Shown here in pieces: positions 6,767 through 11,037 of a DNA stretch of 11,037 nucleotides. Position numbers and translations under genes: made by a program. The first letter of the stretch is position 1, and every line of letters begins with the position of its first letter. This DNA is from a virus, in the UHGV virus genome UHGV-0862315; one strand, written 5' to 3'. The notes below the pieces were generated by a model that did no database searches, was not told the DNA's origin, and saw only the letters and a program-made list of their open reading frames with translations.

Positions 6767-7226
6767 TCAACGTAAGGCATTCCTCGATATGCTGGCGTGG
6801 TCGGAGGGAACTGATAACGGACGTCAGAAAACCAGAAATCATGGTTATGACGTCATTGTTGGCGGAGAGCTATTCACTGATTACTCCGATCACCCTCGCA
6901 AACTTGTCACGCTAAACCCCAAACTCAAATCAACAGCAGCCGGACGTTACCAGCTTCTTTCCCGTTGGTGGGATGCCTATCGTAAGCAGCTTGGCCTGAA
7001 AGACTTCTCTCCGAAAAGCCAGGACGCTGTGGCACTGCAACAGATTAAGGAACGTGGCGCTTTACCGATGATTGATCGCGGTGATATCCGTCAGGCAATC
7101 GACCGTTGCAGCAATATCTGGGCTTCACTGCCGGGGGCTGGTTACGGTCAGTTCGAGCATAAGGTTGACAGCCTGATTGCAAAATTCAAAGAAGCTGGCG
7201 GAACGGTCAGAGAGATTGAGGTATGA
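6750..7226 (+). CDS. R: endolysin R (lambda-type lytic transglycosylase, 158 aa)
   Basis: ATG 6750 with GGAG RBS, overlapping the end of [25 protein letters not shown]... matches lambda R (recalled). Confidence 0.9.
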   Translation: MVEINNQRKAFLDMLAWSEGTDNGRQKTRNHGYDVIVGGELFTDYSDHPRKLVTLNPKLKSTAAGRYQLLSRWWDAYRKQLGLKDFSPKSQDAVALQQIKERGALPMIDRGDIRQAIDRCSNIWASLPGAGYGQFEHKVDSLIAKFKEAGGTVREIEV

Positions 7227-7690
7227 GCAGAGTCACCGCGATTATCTCCGCTCTGGTTATCTGCATCATCGTCTGCCTGTCATGGGCTGTTAATCATTAC
7301 CGTGATAACGCCATGACCTACAAAGAGCAGCGCGATAACAAGGCCAGTGAACTGGAGAAGGCGAACGCCACCATTACTGACATGCAGCAGCGCCAGCGTG
7401 ATGCTGATGCACTCGATGCTAAATACACGAAGGAGTTAGCTGATGCGAAAGCTGAAAATGATGCTCTTCGGCGCAAGCTTGATAATGGTGGCAGGGTGCT
7501 CGTCAAAGGAAAATGCCCTGTGCCATCCTCAGACGAAACCTCCAGCGCCTCCGGCATGGGCAATGATGCCACCGTCGAACTCTCTCCAGTTGCTGGACGA
7601 AACGTTCTCGGTGTCCGGGACGGAATTATCCGCGACCAAACAGCACTGAGAACGCTTCAGGAATACATCAGGACGCAATGCCTTCGATGA
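7223..7690 (+). CDS. Rz: spanin inner-membrane subunit Rz (155 aa)
   Basis: ATG overlaps the R stop (ATGA). N-terminal transmembrane segment [14 protein letters not shown] followed by a charged coiled-coil-like region. Position after R. Confidence 0.85.
   Translation: MSRVTAIISALVICIIVCLSWAVNHYRDNAMTYKEQRDNKASELEKANATITDMQQRQRDADALDAKYTKELADAKAENDALRRKLDNGGRVLVKGKCPVPSSDETSSASGMGNDATVELSPVAGRNVLGVRDGIIRDQTALRTLQEYIRTQCLR
7443..7649 (+). CDS. Rz1: spanin outer-membrane lipoprotein Rz1, embedded in Rz in the +1 frame
   Basis: ATG 7443 with AAGGAG RBS. Lipobox LIMVAGC and proline-rich PPAPPAW. Lies entirely inside Rz in another frame, the classic Rz/Rz1 arrangement. Confidence 0.75.
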   Translation: MRKLKMMLFGASLIMVAGCSSKENALCHPQTKPPAPPAWAMMPPSNSLQLLDETFSVSGTELSATKQH

Positions 7691-7830
7691 TAGCGATAAT
7701 TCTACTCATCATCCTTCACATCTGGCTCTGTAGACAGGGTGATGATCACTTCTGGAGTGAATCCAGATTAAACATCTCATTGCTGATGCTTGATATTGAG
7801 CATCTGGCGCGCGGTAAGGGGCTGCGTTGA
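7687..7830 (+). CDS. hypothetical small membrane protein (47 aa, [15 protein letters not shown]...), start overlapping the Rz stop
   Basis: ATG 7687 overlaps the Rz TGA (ATGA); hydrophobic N-terminus; stop at 7828-7830. No independent RBS. Below the ORF-track size cut-off. Speculative. Confidence 0.3.
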   Translation: MIAIILLIILHIWLCRQGDDHFWSESRLNISLLMLDIEHLARGKGLR

Positions 7831-7863
7831 GATAAGAGCCAGTCATCACAAACACCAGGATTT

Positions 7864-7890
7864 AGCCCCGCATTCGCGGGGCTTTTTATA
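7864..7890 (+). terminator. intrinsic terminator after the lysis cassette
   Basis: agccccgc (7864-7871), loop attc, gcggggct (7876-7883), then ttttata. Confidence 0.75.
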
Positions 7891-8031
7891 TCTGAATTTC
7901 ACAGCGCATCTCACGCGCATATTAACGAGAGCCTTTCAGTAAGCGAGCCTGAGAAATGCCGTTATAGGTGGCGACCTCTCTCGGGCGGCTTTTCTGTGAG
8001 ACAGGCTCACTTTCTAAAAGGTAAAGACGCT

Positions 8032-8556
8032 ATGAATAATCATTCAGTTATTCCAGCCTTCGACTTCCGAGAAATGGTGCAAGCCAAAAACGGAGAGGTC
8101 GTTACCACATCCAGAAAAATTGCCAAGTACTTCGGCAAGCGACACGGTGATGTTCTCAGGAAAATCGAGCAGGTTAAGGCTGATTGCTCGCGTGAGTTTA
8201 GCCAACGCAATTTTGCGTCGGCTGATTATATCGATGAGCAGGGCAAGGTTCGCCCGATGTACAGCCTGACGAAAGATGGCTGGATCATGGTTGTGATGGG
8301 GTTCACCGGGAAAGCTGCTGCGGCAATCAAGGAGAGCTATATCGCAGCATTCAACTGGATGGCAGAGCAACTGAGCCGCCGCATGGCAATTGGCGAAGAA
8401 ATGCAGCACCGCTACGCCATCAAAGAAACACGCTCAAAGCTGAAAGGTACGATCGGCAGTCGGTTAATGAACGAACGGAAGAAAGAGAAGCGTGTCCTGG
8501 CTGTCGAGCATGAATACATCTTGCAGGTGACGCAGCCCGAATTGCTGATTAATTGA
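8032..8556 (+). CDS. rha: Rha-family phage regulatory protein (174 aa)
   Basis: ATG 8032 with AAGG about 10 nt upstream (the track's alternative start is 7996). SRKIAKYFGKRHGDVLRKIEQ and MYSLTKDGWIMVVMGFTGKAA are Rha-domain-like. Position between lysis and terminase genes resembles P22 rha (recalled). Confidence 0.8.
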   Translation: MNNHSVIPAFDFREMVQAKNGEVVTTSRKIAKYFGKRHGDVLRKIEQVKADCSREFSQRNFASADYIDEQGKVRPMYSLTKDGWIMVVMGFTGKAAAAIKESYIAAFNWMAEQLSRRMAIGEEMQHRYAIKETRSKLKGTIGSRLMNERKKEKRVLAVEHEYILQVTQPELLIN

Positions 8557-8856
8557 AGATGCCATCACAAAGCCCATCTACGGGTGGGCTTGATAATGAA
8601 ACCGGAATTTATTCTGGGCAACCAATTAACGGCAGTACAGCGAAACAACCCAAGCCAGTAAGTGGGGAAATAACACTGGCAGCCACTGAAAGATGAACCT
8701 CCTGCCTTATGGCAAAAAAGATTCTTTGTGGTGGCGGACTGATGGAAAGACATCGGTTATTGCAGAGACCATTCAATGAGTGGTCTCGACAATGGCTTAT
8801 ACCCTACACGGGATAACTTAACTGATATCCCTTTTAACGGATAAACGGAGCCAACA

Positions 8857-9099
8857 ATGGCAGAGATTATTCCCATGACTGAAGAACAGAAATTCCAGTT
8901 AGAGATTTACAAACTGGTCATGAACCAGAACGCAGCCGCAGAGGAAGCATTTCAGTTCATTGGCACTGACGAACTGAAGCTTGAGCTATTCAAAATTCAC
9001 TTCCAGTCAGGCGGCGCTAATTCGGATATCACGATCCGCACATTCGAAGCGGTGCGTAAATCTAAGGAAGCGTTAGACCTGTTCACTACCGGAGCATGA
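8857..9099 (+). CDS. hypothetical protein (80 aa) upstream of small terminase
   Basis: ATG 8857 with GGAG 6 nt upstream; acidic, helical-looking product. Occupies the position of a small ORF that precedes gene 3 in P22-like genomes (recalled). Confidence 0.6.
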   Translation: MAEIIPMTEEQKFQLEIYKLVMNQNAAAEEAFQFIGTDELKLELFKIHFQSGGANSDITIRTFEAVRKSKEALDLFTTGA

Positions 9100-9134
9100 T
9101 GCTCAACCTGAAATAACAACTAAGTGAGATGAAT

Positions 9135-9623
9135 ATGGCAGCACCAAAGGGCAACCGATTTTGGGAGGCCCGCAGTAGTCATGGGCGAAACCCTAAATTC
9201 GAATCGCCTGAGGCGCTGTGGGCTGCTTGTTGTGAATACTTCGAGTGGGCTGATGATAACCCGCTATGGGAGGGTAAGGTATTTTCATATCAGGGAGAAA
9301 TAATTAAGGCTAATGTCCCTAAGATGCGAGCCATGACTATTTCAGGATTGTGTACCTTCCTTGATATCACCAGGCAAACATGGGGAACCTTTCGGTCAAT
9401 GGAAGGTTTTTCTGACGTCACATCACGAGCGGAAGACATCATCTACGACCAGAAATTCTCTGGCGCAGCCGCTGACCTTCTCAACGCTAACATCATCGCC
9501 CGTGATTTGGGCCTCAAAGAGCAGTCGCAAGTTGAAGACGTGACACCTGATAAGGGAGATCGCGATAAGCGACGCTCTCGTATCAAGGAGCTATTCAACC
9601 GTGGAACTGGACGCGATTCTTGA
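9135..9623 (+). CDS. terminase small subunit (P22 gp3-like, 162 aa from ATG 9135; alternative start 9129)
   Basis: [38 protein letters not shown]... recognised as gp3-type small terminase (recalled); 162 aa from ATG 9135. The 3' end overlaps the large terminase start. Confidence 0.8.
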   Translation: MAAPKGNRFWEARSSHGRNPKFESPEALWAACCEYFEWADDNPLWEGKVFSYQGEIIKANVPKMRAMTISGLCTFLDITRQTWGTFRSMEGFSDVTSRAEDIIYDQKFSGAAADLLNANIIARDLGLKEQSQVEDVTPDKGDRDKRRSRIKELFNRGTGRDS

Positions 9624-11037
9624 TAACCTGAGCGACGAAGAGCAAATCGAATTGCTCGAGCTACTCGAAGAAGAAGAGAACTACCGAAACACACACCTGC
9701 TATATGAATTTACGCCATACAACAAACAGCGTGAGTTCATCGACGCCGGACATGACTATCCAGAGCGATGTTTTATGGCTGGTAACCAGCTTGGTAAGTC
9801 ATTTACTGGTGCTGCCGAAGTCGCGTTTCACCTTACCGGGCGTTATCCGGGAACAAAAGGATATCCGGCTGATGGTAAATATGGCGGAGAGTGGAAAGGT
9901 AAGCGTTTCTATGAGCCTGTTGTTTTCTGGATTGGCGGCGAGACAAACGAGACGGTAACCAAAACGACTCAACGCATCCTGTGCGGTCGTATCGAAGAGA
10001 ATGATGAGCCTGGCTACGGTTCCATACCGAAAGAGGACATCATTAGCTGGAAGAAGTCTCCTTTCTTTCCGAATCTTGTTGATCACCTTCTGGTTAAGCA
10101 TCACACGGCTGATGGCGTTGAAGATGGCATTTCAATCTGCTACTTCAAACCATACTCGCAAGGCCGTGCTCGCTGGCAGGGTGACACAATCCACGGCGTG
10201 TGGTTTGACGAAGAGCCACCATACAGCATTTATGGCGAAGGTCTTACCCGTACCAACAAATACGGTCAATTCTCAATTCTGACGTTTACCCCGCTGATGG
10301 GGATGTCTGACGTTGTTACCAAGTTCCAGAAGAATCCCAGCAAGTCGCAGAAAGTGGTCAACATGACCATCTATGACGCTGAGCACTATACCGACGAGCA
10401 GAAAGAGCAAATCATCGCATCCTATCCAGAGCATGAGAGAGAGGCGCGTGCTCGCGGTATTCCTACGATGGGTAGTGGTCGAATCTTCCAGATACCGGAA
10501 GAGACGATTAAGTGTCAGCCGTTCGAGTGTCCTGATCACTTCTACGTAATTGGCGGGATGGATTTCGGATGGGATCACCCACAGGCGCAGGTTCAGCTTT
10601 GGTGGGATAAGGATGCAGACACAATCTACGTTTCACGCGTGTGGAAGGCGAAAGAAAAACAGCCGTTCAGGCGTGGGGAGCAGTTAAATCATGGGCGCAT
10701 AAAGTGCCAACCGCATGGCCTCATGACGGAAACCAGCACGAGAAGGGCGGCGGTGAGCAGCTTAAAGGGCAGTACGCGGAAGCTGGTTTTATGATGTTGC
10801 AGGAGCATGCGACATGGCCTGATGGCGGTAATGCTGTTGAGCCTGGCATCACTGAATTGCGCGACATGATGCTTGATGGTCGCTTCAAAGTATTCAACAC
10901 CTGTGAGCCATTCTTTGAGGAGTTTCGCCTCTATCACCGTGATGAAACGGGAAATCGTCAAGCTTAACGACGACGTGCTCTCCGCCGTTCGCTATGCATA
11001 CATGATGCGCCGCTTCGCCAAAATGATGCGCGACATC
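9601..11037 (+). pseudogene. terminase large subunit (P22 gp2-like), reading frame broken at about 10655 and restored at about 10945-10955; 3' end beyond the window
   Basis: GTG 9601 overlaps the small terminase 3' end. Frame 1 (9601 to about 10659) carries the ATPase part (AGNQLGKS); frame 0 (10641-10967) carries nuclease-domain-like motifs (AWPHDG...EKGGGEQ); frame 1 resumes at 10963 (LNDDVLSAVRYAYMMRRFAKMMRDI). Both disruptions fall in A runs. Confidence 0.8.

Noticed and set aside
8044-8753. Minus-strand ORFs 8044-8409 and 8565-8753
   Set aside because: The first is antisense to the Rha gene. The second lies in the intergenic gap but has no RBS and an implausible Cys-rich composition.
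5401-10960. Programmed ribosomal frameshifting in Q and the large terminase
   Set aside because: Neither gene family is known to use programmed frameshifts, there are no slippery heptamers with downstream structures, and the terminase would need compensating shifts. Indel error or pseudogenisation is more parsimonious.
9361-10967. Internal and antisense ORFs within the terminase genes (9361-9543, 9443-9694, 9704-9958, 9799-10104, 10001-10282, 10273-10578, 10689-10961)
   Set aside because: All are alternative frames of the small and large terminase coding sequence with no start context. The one exception, 10641-10967, is treated as part of the large terminase.

Overview
This window is one contiguous, entirely plus-strand block of a lambdoid (lambda/P22-type mosaic) phage or prophage. 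In order it holds a replication module (O-like initiator with an embedded iteron origin, DnaB-family helicase), a nin-type region (NinB, NinE-like, small zinc-ribbon protein, Rha/KilAC, YbcO-like, RusA, NinH-like), a lambda-type Q antiterminator, the late promoter PR' with its short leader RNA and tR', a lambda-type lysis cassette (S, R, Rz with embedded Rz1), a second Rha protein, an 80-aa ORF, and a P22-type small and large terminase (the latter runs off the window end). Gene identities rest on my reading of the supplied translations against recalled family features; no database search was run. I do not see a convincing novel defence or other undescribed system. The points most worth a second look are: (1) a 58-bp exact direct repeat at 1-58 and 1177-1234; (2) single-base homopolymer frame disruptions in Q and in the large terminase, more likely sequencing error or prophage decay than biology; (3) a ~430-bp non-coding segment between tR' and S with nested inverted repeats and a minus-strand terminator-like hairpin; (4) several short unannotated ORFs (126-287, 7687-7830, 8857-9099). 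All minus-strand ORFs in the track look like shadows of plus-strand genes.
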